Virus record (IMG/VR): IMGVR_UViG_3300028832_000097
Span: 64,001 to 128,000 of that record
Direction: 5' to 3' (one strand)
Length of the DNA stretch: 64,000 nucleotides
DNA from: a virus
Taxonomy: Duplodnaviria; Caudoviricetes
Shown one piece after another: positions 56,577 through 64,000 of this stretch; position 1 is the stretch's first letter; each line of letters starts with the position of its first letter. The notes under the pieces were generated by a model. That model saw nothing but the letters and a program-made list of their open reading frames with translations. It made no database searches and was not told the origin of the DNA. A program made the position numbers and the translations under genes.

Positions 56577-59141
56577 CTATTTCCCGTAAGTCACTCTTCG
56601 CTCAATATCGTCAAGAAATTCTTCCTGTGTTACGTGAAATCTACCTAAATAATGTGTAATACCTTCATTGTATTCATCACTTATGATTCCATTAACACCT
56701 AAAGCAGCATCACCTCTAGGTTTACTGCCGTCTTCATTTTTAAAAACTGGTAATTTATATTCCATTTCAAATAAATGATACTGTATCCATTTCACTTCTT
56801 CCGGATCTTTAGTTAGAATACTAGTAGGTTTAGGGTACTTGCAAGGATATTCCATGCCGTACCACCGAAGTGTAGTTGTTACGTCGCATTTACTTGGAAA
56901 TGGCAAGTATTCTGCAGCTTTACACATCATTTCACTGAGAAGTTCACCGCCACGTTTATAATTTTCAATCTTAACTTCTGCAAGCAACTCATCATGTATA
57001 GGGGTTAATAACCTACCTCCTATGTCTTTCCACTCCTGATTATTTTCTAGCATCAAGATAGCAAGTTTGGTTTGGTCTGCAGCACTGCCTTGTATTACAC
57101 TATTAACAGTCTGTCTTGTAGCATCATTGATCTTACTAGAATTATTAGTTACTTTAATACCTTCCTCGTATAGCTCACGAGTTCTTCTCGCAATCTGACC
57201 AAAATATTTGTAACTATTGAATTCATCAGTAAGTAGTTTAACAATTCTTTCTGGAATGTCAGATTTATGCTGAAGCGTTGTAGGATCTAACGGATCTATA
57301 TCAGGGTTCACATAATTCTTCATTGCGGAGAATTGAAATCTAGGTAACTGCATGTCTGGAAGATGCCTACGCCTTCCAAGAATTGTTTCAGTGTATCCTA
57401 ATTTTCGAGCAGATGCTTGAGTATTAACCATAAGCCGCTGAAGTCCCGGAAATGCTTTCATAACAGAGTCATATACTCGTTGTGCAGCTTTTACTTTAGC
57501 TTCATCTGACATATCATCTCTATGACCATAAAGCTGCTCCGCAATAGACGGAATAGCACGGCCATAACAAATACCTAACAATACTGTTTTGGCCTCACCT
57601 CTTCGAGCTTTACCATCAGGCTGATATTCATGAGTTTCAGGATGGAATTCCAAACAGTTTTCATAAGGTACACCAAATGCTAAACTAGCGATACTTGCAT
57701 AAATATCTCTATCTTGAATAAATGAATCAATCATTCCTTTATCTTGAGATACAAATGCTGTTATTCTAGGTTCCTGGGCCGAGTAATCGCTGGACAACAT
57801 AACATATCCAGGAGTAGCTCTAAACATATGGCGAATATCTGTTGCATGCGAAGGAATGTTCATCATGTTTGGCTCCGAAGAACTCAGACGTCCTGTGGAT
57901 GCGCCGATCTGATTGAACCTAGCATGAATTCTACTATCAGAAGTAGTTGCTTTAGGCATCTTCTCTACAAACGTACTTATGAGTACCCCAAAACTTCTGA
58001 CCTTCAGTATCTGATTTGTGATAGGAAGATTCATTTCTTTGAGTACTTCTTTATCAGTAGACTGTCCTTTGCCTGCAGGCAATTCCATTATGTTATACAA
58101 TAGATGTTTTACATGCAAAGTAGATTTAGGGTTGAAATTAGCCCCGCTAGTAAACGGTTGAGTTGTACCAAATGATTTTGTATATGGATGATCCGCTAAC
58201 TGTTGATCTACCATTTCTGCAAGTTTTGCTTTCTCTTTAGCCTCCTCTTCCTTGTATCGAGGTACAAGCATACTTGCAGTTTCTTTATCAAGATAGATAC
58301 CTAATCTATGCATGTTTTGACAGATAGGTGCAAGTGGAAATTCTACATTCCAAACCAAATCAGCAATACTTTCTAAATGTGCCTTTTTACACTTCTCATG
58401 AGTTTTTGTTACATAAGGTAACTGCCATTTGAAAAGTTCATAAGTAATCTTAGCGTCGTTGGCTGCATATAACTTAGCAACATCTGGCTTACAATATGGA
58501 AATAGTTTTGGAGAGAAGAAATCGTTGAACTTCATTGGATCTCCGTGGCCTTTAAGCACATACTTATTATAAAGTACTTTCAAGGCATTGTCAGGCTCAT
58601 TCTCCTTCAAACATCTCCATGCTAAAATTACATCATAGTAGAATGCAGGATTTAAATCTACTTTTAGATCCTTATACACCATTGCAGAGTCGAAATCAAA
58701 GTTAGCAAAAATCAGCTTAGTATCTGCATCTACTAATCTTTGAAATTCTAACCCTACATCCTCATATGAAAGTTGATTTTTGTACGGTGTATCAAATATA
58801 GGGACTAGATGCTTCATAGGGATGTAACATTCATCACCCCCGGGATAATACAAAGAAGCCCCTACAATAGTATCTCGTATTCTATCAAGACCTGTAGTCT
58901 CTGTATCTAGGCCAGCATATCCTGCATCAATACATTCATCTATGTAATCATGTAACTGGAACTTGTCTGTAATAAGTATGGCAGGCGAATCCTTAAAGTA
59001 CTCAATTACTTTTTGAGATGTCGCCTGCAGCTCATCATTTATTCCTTTAGATGCAACGGATTTAGGAGGCTCTAGTAATTCTTTGCTTTTGGCAGCAACT
59101 TGATTTATTTGTTCAAGTTGCGATGCACTAAACAGCCCCAT
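56577..59141 (-). CDS. polA: Family A DNA polymerase with 3'-5' exonuclease
   Basis: LDTETTGL, YAANDA, TGRLSSSEPN, DYSAQEPR, AKTVLLGICYG, IQGSAAD, IHDEL. Confidence 0.97.
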   Translation of the reverse strand: MGLFSASQLEQINQVAAKSKELLEPPKSVASKGINDELQATSQKVIEYFKDSPAILITDKFQLHDYIDECIDAGYAGLDTETTGLDRIRDTIVGASLYYPGGDECYIPMKHLVPIFDTPYKNQLSYEDVGLEFQRLVDADTKLIFANFDFDSAMVYKDLKVDLNPAFYYDVILAWRCLKENEPDNALKVLYNKYVLKGHGDPMKFNDFFSPKLFPYCKPDVAKLYAANDAKITYELFKWQLPYVTKTHEKCKKAHLESIADLVWNVEFPLAPICQNMHRLGIYLDKETASMLVPRYKEEEAKEKAKLAEMVDQQLADHPYTKSFGTTQPFTSGANFNPKSTLHVKHLLYNIMELPAGKGQSTDKEVLKEMNLPITNQILKVRSFGVLISTFVEKMPKATTSDSRIHARFNQIGASTGRLSSSEPNMMNIPSHATDIRHMFRATPGYVMLSSDYSAQEPRITAFVSQDKGMIDSFIQDRDIYASIASLAFGVPYENCLEFHPETHEYQPDGKARRGEAKTVLLGICYGRAIPSIAEQLYGHRDDMSDEAKVKAAQRVYDSVMKAFPGLQRLMVNTQASARKLGYTETILGRRRHLPDMQLPRFQFSAMKNYVNPDIDPLDPTTLQHKSDIPERIVKLLTDEFNSYKYFGQIARRTRELYEEGIKVTNNSSKINDATRQTVNSVIQGSAADQTKLAILMLENNQEWKDIGGRLLTPIHDELLAEVKIENYKRGGELLSEMMCKAAEYLPFPSKCDVTTTLRWYGMEYPCKYPKPTSILTKDPEEVKWIQYHLFEMEYKLPVFKNEDGSKPRGDAALGVNGIISDEYNEGITHYLGRFHVTQEEFLDDIERRVTYGK

Positions 59142-59156
59142 CTAGCACCTCCGAAC

Positions 59157-59909
59157 TTAGAAACTTACATCATCGTCATCCAGTGTCTCAACACCCTCAG
59201 CAGTAACATCAACATCTGCAGATGCAGTGTTGTCAATTACAGTAGTTACTGGGGGCATAACAGAATCTACGCGATTGATAGCAGCCGGAACAGATACCCT
59301 AGGAGTTGCTACGTACTCACCAAGATTTGCTGTAGAAGCTGTATTATCACCTGTATTCATGAGTAATTCCGACAACTTGAATGTAGGATATTCGACAACT
59401 ACCTGTTCATAATCTTTAGGCATAGAAGTATTGAACTTGACAAGAATATCATCATAAGTTGCAATGGTATTGAGGCCAATGGCTCGAATTTCATACCTAG
59501 TATCTCGGCTCTGTGCCTCTCCATGACGTGTAATCCTAAATACACACTCGCTTGGATTGGGATACTTGTTAAAAACATCTGCCATCAACTGCGGTTCAAA
59601 ATAAGTTGTACGATCAAAATATCTGATCTCTGGATTCTCCAGCGTCTCTCCGTTCTTTGCAATGACATACAATGGTATGAATATCTTGTTTTGAATTCGG
59701 ATACCCTTTTCGCATGCAGGACAGCCTGCGCCACAACAATGCACATACCCAGAATAATCCGAAGATTTAATGTAATGAACGTCGGCAATCATAACATCTC
59801 CGACGCTCTTATACATAAAGATTACGTCTGCGTATTCTCCGTCGTTCTGGAGTGTAAAAAATCCTTTGTTCTTTTCAGCATTGTACTGATTGAGTGATTT
59901 GAAAGCCAT
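59157..59909 (-). CDS. Single-stranded DNA-binding protein
   Basis: FFTLQNDGE, H..CC...CPAC Zn site, RITRHG...DTRY, acidic tail DDDDVSF. Confidence 0.75.
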   Translation of the reverse strand: MAFKSLNQYNAEKNKGFFTLQNDGEYADVIFMYKSVGDVMIADVHYIKSSDYSGYVHCCGAGCPACEKGIRIQNKIFIPLYVIAKNGETLENPEIRYFDRTTYFEPQLMADVFNKYPNPSECVFRITRHGEAQSRDTRYEIRAIGLNTIATYDDILVKFNTSMPKDYEQVVVEYPTFKLSELLMNTGDNTASTANLGEYVATPRVSVPAAINRVDSVMPPVTTVIDNTASADVDVTAEGVETLDDDDVSF

Positions 59910-59945
59910 AAATGGTTCCTCCTGTTTTGATCTTTATTGATATAG

Positions 59946-60368
59946 TTACAATAACGATTCTTTATTCCAACTTACATAAGAATCGTTTGTTTCACGAAGT
60001 TTGAGCTCTTTGAGTATTACTCCGGGTTCTTTGAGATTAAGTAATCCTTGTAATAAAACTGCAATGTTGTTGCATATTGCTTCCGCGCAGAGTGGGTACT
60101 CTACTTCCTTGCTCTGAACGCCACTGCGAGTCATCGCTCGAGCAATGTCCGCTCCGAAAGAATCACCAGCGGAATACAAGAAAGTGTTATCAAAAGAAGC
60201 CTGTTTCATGTATTTTTGCAATCTAGAAAACTCAATTATCATCTTATCATCTTCAGCACGCTGAGGGCATTCCACAGTAGCTTCTAACTTATACTGATAT
60301 GCATTGAGCATTCCATCTCTAACATATGCAGCACTGAATGTAGTTCGTGTAGTTACGTCTAAATTCAT
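59946..60368 (-). CDS. QueD/PTPS-like T-fold protein lacking Zn-binding histidines
   Basis: TFSAAY, YKLEATV, MIIEFSRLQ, FDNTFL, CAEAIC, LRETNDSY match the QueD layout. Confidence 0.65.
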   Translation of the reverse strand: MNLDVTTRTTFSAAYVRDGMLNAYQYKLEATVECPQRAEDDKMIIEFSRLQKYMKQASFDNTFLYSAGDSFGADIARAMTRSGVQSKEVEYPLCAEAICNNIAVLLQGLLNLKEPGVILKELKLRETNDSYVSWNKESLL

Positions 60369-60580
60369 AAACTAACCTCCATAACTCCAGAAATATAATC
60401 TCTACAATGTGTATCATTAACTTCGTAAGATATGCATACGCTATGTTCAAACACACCCGGTACGGTACTACTAGGTACAATACTGTACTGGATATCAAGA
60501 ACACGCTTATCTGCAATGAATGCATTTACTGAATCTTCTACAACTAATGCAGACTCATTGTGAAATATTTTGATTTTCAT
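60365..60580 (-). CDS. Cse60/DUF2758-like small protein
   Basis: KIKIF......VEDSVNAFI...VLDIQYS. Confidence 0.55.
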   Translation of the reverse strand: MKIKIFHNESALVVEDSVNAFIADKRVLDIQYSIVPSSTVPGVFEHSVCISYEVNDTHCRDYISGVMEVSL

Positions 60581-60896
60581 TAGTATTTAACCCCTTTCTG
60601 ATATCCCAAGCTGCTAAGAAATAGAATATCCAAGATTTATCAGATGTTTTGTATCCGTATGCAATTGCATTGACCATGAAGTATGTCAATTGAGAATAAC
60701 ATTCTTCTAAATCGCAAGACATTGTTACCTCATAGTAGATGTCCTGCACCGCAAGATATTCCTCCATATCTCTGATAGCAAAGAGATTATTGCGAGCAGC
60801 TAGTGTAGTGTAATAGCTTTTCAGATCCAGATATCCAATTTTCTTAGAAGAAAGATAAGAAGTATAGTCAGTCTTAACAAATTCATAAGGTGTCAT
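60555..60896 (-). CDS. Hypothetical protein
   Basis: ATG 60896 with AGGAGG RBS. Confidence 0.6.
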   Translation of the reverse strand: MTPYEFVKTDYTSYLSSKKIGYLDLKSYYTTLAARNNLFAIRDMEEYLAVQDIYYEVTMSCDLEECYSQLTYFMVNAIAYGYKTSDKSWIFYFLAAWDIRKGLNTNENQNISQ

Positions 60897-60919
60897 GGTC
60901 ACAACCTCCTTACAAACAA

Positions 60920-61549
60920 TCACTGAAATGCGGGTGCAAACTTAGCAAGCTTGATTCGAAGATCAGAAATGATGCTCGCACGCTTCTCGTCAGAAATACG
61001 TTTAGCAGCAGGCTTCTCACCGATGAGTTCATCTACTATCGCAAGAGTGTTCTTATCGTCACCAACAACGTTCCAGAAATCAATACGCTCAAGATCGGAC
61101 AAACAAGAATCTTCGCATACAGCTTCTAAAAAATCGAAGAGATTCATAGGACCATCAGGGCCTTCTACGATATTACTAGTTTCCTTCTCACCGCGTTCCT
61201 TTGCACTCTTTATATCATGGCAGATACAATACAGGCAGTTATAACTAACTCGGTAGATGTAAGCAGCTGTATATTTCTTCGGATCCTTTTCAAGAACTGC
61301 AACATTCTTCTGGAGATACTGCAATACAGTAGAAACACCATCCTCATCAGTAGAATATCTCAAGAAAGTATCCTGCTTGTACCATGCGTAGATAATCTGA
61401 TCAAAAAACTGCACAAATAAAGCCGCCGCCTTATCTTCAGCAGGGAGTGCATTCCATGCGTTGTAAGACAGCGGATCTGTATATCCAAGATAGTTTATAA
61501 ACAATGAACGAGTTTCATAAAAAGGTGTTTTTACAGTTGAATTAGACAT
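60920..61549 (-). CDS. Sigma-factor-like protein
   Basis: DEDGVSTVLQYL...AAYIYRVSYNCL resembles ECF sigma region 2; early-type promoter upstream. Confidence 0.5.
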   Translation of the reverse strand: MSNSTVKTPFYETRSLFINYLGYTDPLSYNAWNALPAEDKAAALFVQFFDQIIYAWYKQDTFLRYSTDEDGVSTVLQYLQKNVAVLEKDPKKYTAAYIYRVSYNCLYCICHDIKSAKERGEKETSNIVEGPDGPMNLFDFLEAVCEDSCLSDLERIDFWNVVGDDKNTLAIVDELIGEKPAAKRISDEKRASIISDLRIKLAKFAPAFQ

Positions 61550-61622
61550 TGATTTAATCTCCTAACTTAAATGATGTTTGATGTGCTGATAAGTATTGAT
61601 GTTAGCCTCATCCTACAATTAT

Positions 61623-61663
61623 ATTATAGACGTTTATTGCAAAATTAAAAGACAAAATTTTGG
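61623..61663 (-). promoter_or_regulatory. Putative early promoter, copy 2
   Basis: CCAAAATT-ttg-TCTTTTAATT-N10-CGTCTATAAT. Confidence 0.7.
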
Positions 61664-61668
61664 TTTAT

Positions 61669-61902
61669 TTAAAATTCTTTGTGTGGAATCCGAACAACTA
61701 ACTCATCCACACCTAATGCATCTAAGTACGCTACTAACGTATTCATTCGAGGATACTGTTTACCTTGTTCCACCATACTGATAGTAGAAATACTTACACC
61801 GGAAAGGTTTTCAACTTCAAGTATTTTTAACCCCTTAGATGTTCGCAACTTACGCAACTCTGAACCTAACTCTGATGCACTAGAAATTGTAACTCGGTTC
61901 AT
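61669..61902 (-). CDS. XRE-family HTH regulator
   Basis: LRKLRTSKGL....V..LSGVSISTISMVEQGKQYP. Confidence 0.9.
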   Translation of the reverse strand: MNRVTISSASELGSELRKLRTSKGLKILEVENLSGVSISTISMVEQGKQYPRMNTLVAYLDALGVDELVVRIPHKEF

Positions 61903-62129
61903 TTCTTCTTACCCTCCTTCAGTATCTGATATATTTTCCAAATGTTTAACAATAAACAAGCCCCATTCAGCAACCATACACTGAATGCACCAATGATTAG
62001 TCCATATATTACAAACAATATTGATCCTATAGAATTATAAATGCGGATCTTCAACTCACCTTTGTTTAGAAATCCTATGAATATTACACATGTTGCAGAA
62101 ATACCTATTACTTCAATCCAACTCATCAT
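61899..62129 (-). CDS. Small three-helix inner-membrane protein (YgjV-like)
   Basis: IEVIGISAT..., IRIYNSIGSILFVIYG, VWLLN. Confidence 0.65.
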   Translation of the reverse strand: MMSWIEVIGISATCVIFIGFLNKGELKIRIYNSIGSILFVIYGLIIGAFSVWLLNGACLLLNIWKIYQILKEGKKK

Positions 62130-63119
62130 TCAGTCCCTCTCTGCGTATAGCGTATCAAATTCTTGCTTAGTTATATCATTCACGTCCTTACCATCAAACA
62201 TATGCATAGCCCATACTATTGCAGCAGAGCTGAGGGCTTTTTTAAGTTTAGCCGTTGCACGTCTGCCAGCTTCATCTCCATCCATACAGAGCACAAACTC
62301 TTGAACACCTAGTTCTTTAAGTTGTTGCATCTGATAAGATGTACCTGTACCTAACAATGCAACTGCGTAATATCCAAATGTTCTGCAGGTAAGTGCATTT
62401 ATGATACTTTCACATATAACAACTGATCTACACCCTGAAGGTATTCTATCTACACCATACACAGGTTTCTGCGCACCTGACGGTACATGATAGAGCTTAG
62501 TTGCAATTGCTCTACGAATAATACATAACGTCCTACCATATTTATCATGTACAGGAAATGTGATGCAAGGGACAGGCTTCTTTCGACCTTCTGGAATCCA
62601 ATTTGCATCATACCCTACATCATACTCCGCAATCACTTCATCTGTTAAATGACGTTCATACATGTAAGGTACAGTAAATCTATACTTAGCGAGTTCTTCT
62701 TCTGAAACATATTGTGTTGTTTGGTTGAGTTGCTCTAATATATTATTTACCGCAAGTTTGCTGGCTATGGCATCAGATAGTCCCTGTGGAATCAGTCTCT
62801 CTATTTCATCTGGTTGATATCCTGGAACATTCTCCGCAAGCCATTCGCTAGCAGATGTTGTGATGCTATGAGTTTTAAGCATCTCAGCAACAGCCTGTTC
62901 CATTGTATATGCACAACTGCACGAAAAACAATGCCACAACCCGGCAGGATACTGTTGGCCATTTCTATATTCAGAATTAAGTAACACGCCGCAAGAAGGT
63001 TTTCGCTCTTGACCCCCATTATGAAATGGGCAATATACACTTAAGTAATTCCCAATTCTTCGATTCTTTCGGACTAATCCGAATTCAGATAGTTTATCTA
63101 CAATAAGTTCAACATCCAT
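62130..63119 (-). CDS. dnaG: DNA primase (CHC2 Zn finger + TOPRIM)
   Basis: CPFHN..E..PS, HCFSC, ITFPV, VICESIINA, VALLGT, CMDGDEAG, KDVND. Confidence 0.9.
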   Translation of the reverse strand: MDVELIVDKLSEFGLVRKNRRIGNYLSVYCPFHNGGQERKPSCGVLLNSEYRNGQQYPAGLWHCFSCSCAYTMEQAVAEMLKTHSITTSASEWLAENVPGYQPDEIERLIPQGLSDAIASKLAVNNILEQLNQTTQYVSEEELAKYRFTVPYMYERHLTDEVIAEYDVGYDANWIPEGRKKPVPCITFPVHDKYGRTLCIIRRAIATKLYHVPSGAQKPVYGVDRIPSGCRSVVICESIINALTCRTFGYYAVALLGTGTSYQMQQLKELGVQEFVLCMDGDEAGRRATAKLKKALSSAAIVWAMHMFDGKDVNDITKQEFDTLYAERD

Positions 63120-63972
63120 GTGAATCTTCCTCGGTTACGTATTCAAACATGAGCCCTTTGCGACATCTGTTCAGCTGTATAGATTCTTTCACAGATTCAA
63201 AGTCCATGTTGTAAGTTCGTGCAGCTTCTGAAATGCTTCTGTAAGTTTTCCCGTCAGTAATACACCTAACAGGTTTGCCATGTTTTATCATCTCAATATT
63301 ACCGCACTTTTGTGGATCCCATAGCCCCATAGCTTTTGCGTGATTCATATTCTCCTCACGAGTGACCCACTCTAAGTTAGCTACACTGTTATTTAATTTA
63401 TCTCCATCAATGTGATTAACTTGCGGTTTATTTTCAGGATTCGGTATGTGCGCAGATGCTACCAGACGATGTACTGAATGTAATTTTGAAACACCGTGAG
63501 CCGAAAGCATACAATGCACATAACCATCGTCACCCACATGTAACTTAAGCTCATTACCATAACGAGCTGCCTTGCTTTTCTCATTGTATCGAGTGCAGCT
63601 TCTAATCTTACCATCTGTAGATGCTTGATAAAATCCTTCATACCCTGGTATATCTTTCCAATCACTGTTAGTATCTTCTACAGGTAAAGTTAACGACAAG
63701 TTAGATAATGCATCAGAATCTCCTGAAATATGATAGACCTTTTGACCTGCAGAATACTCAGGAATGAAAGCATTTGCAACAATGTTACACACTCTTATAG
63801 TAGCAACCTTACCACCCTTCGATAAGTAAACCTGACCTTGATAAGGTTTTAACACATTACCTCCAATTCGTGCAACTTGCCCCTGATCATTTACTTGATA
63901 CAGCCCCTCATATCCTACTACATCGTGCCAAATTGTATCATCAATAAAATTCAATAAAGACTTGGATTTCAT
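63109..63972 (-). CDS. HNH homing endonuclease with two NUMOD4-HNH units and a NUMOD1 tail
   Basis: WHDVVGYEGLYQV; WKDIPGYEGFYQAS..VHRLVA..VNHIDGDKLNNSVANLEW; PVRCITDGKTYRSISEAAR. Confidence 0.9.
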   Translation of the reverse strand: MKSKSLLNFIDDTIWHDVVGYEGLYQVNDQGQVARIGGNVLKPYQGQVYLSKGGKVATIRVCNIVANAFIPEYSAGQKVYHISGDSDALSNLSLTLPVEDTNSDWKDIPGYEGFYQASTDGKIRSCTRYNEKSKAARYGNELKLHVGDDGYVHCMLSAHGVSKLHSVHRLVASAHIPNPENKPQVNHIDGDKLNNSVANLEWVTREENMNHAKAMGLWDPQKCGNIEMIKHGKPVRCITDGKTYRSISEAARTYNMDFESVKESIQLNRCRKGLMFEYVTEEDSHGC

Positions 63973-64000
63973 GACACACCTCCATCAGAATTCCACATTC

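Noticed and set aside
57120-57350. Intein or intron in the DNA polymerase
   Set aside because: The insertion is short and in frame, and lacks Cys/Ser start and His-Asn end motifs.
259-62304. All plus-strand ORFs in the track
   Set aside because: They are antisense shadows of well-supported minus-strand genes or tRNAs, with no recognisable motifs.
1-64000. Stop-codon reassignment
   Set aside because: Long genes are intact in the standard code, and TAA, TAG and TGA all terminate genes at sensible positions.

Overview
This 64 kb window is a fragment of a large tailed (myovirus-like) bacteriophage genome, not a bacterial chromosome. Essentially all real genes are on the minus strand, use the standard genetic code and have strong GGAGG ribosome-binding sites. 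The peptidoglycan-enzyme set suggests a Gram-positive (Firmicutes-type) host. In transcription order (right to left) the modules are: (1) replication and recombination: NUMOD4-HNH, primase, sigma-like factor, degenerate QueD, SSB, family A DNA polymerase, beta-clamp, Cas4-like nuclease, DnaX/HolA/HolB-like clamp loader, RecA, resolvase and a TGT/DpdA-like protein; (2) a ~2.4 kb tRNA and structured-RNA island; (3) tail and baseplate genes, interrupted by an IS607-type tnpA/tnpB element; (4) a T4 gp21-like prohead protease-scaffold fusion and a gp23-like major capsid protein; (5) a Zn-finger/PD-(D/E)XK nuclease/amino-methyltransferase fusion flanked by ~40 bp inverted repeats; (6) a cluster of small unrelated proteins; (7) neck and head genes; (8) an SNF2 helicase with an HNH intein, which is missing from the ORF track. 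The best candidate for an undescribed system is a set of at least 8 otherwise unrelated proteins sharing N-terminal leaders (MK[RK][TQ]FTxxP...[IV]x[AS]S or MKRYIx[AST]). Most leaders end in the same [IV]-x-[AS] motif that recurs in the capsid propeptide and scaffold, suggesting a leader-peptide capsid-cargo packaging system analogous to the T4 capsid targeting sequence. Other notable items are three putative promoter classes, several non-canonical CCA-ended tRNA mimics and pseudoknotted RNAs, and several catalytically degenerate enzymes. All calls come from reading motifs by eye; no searches were run.
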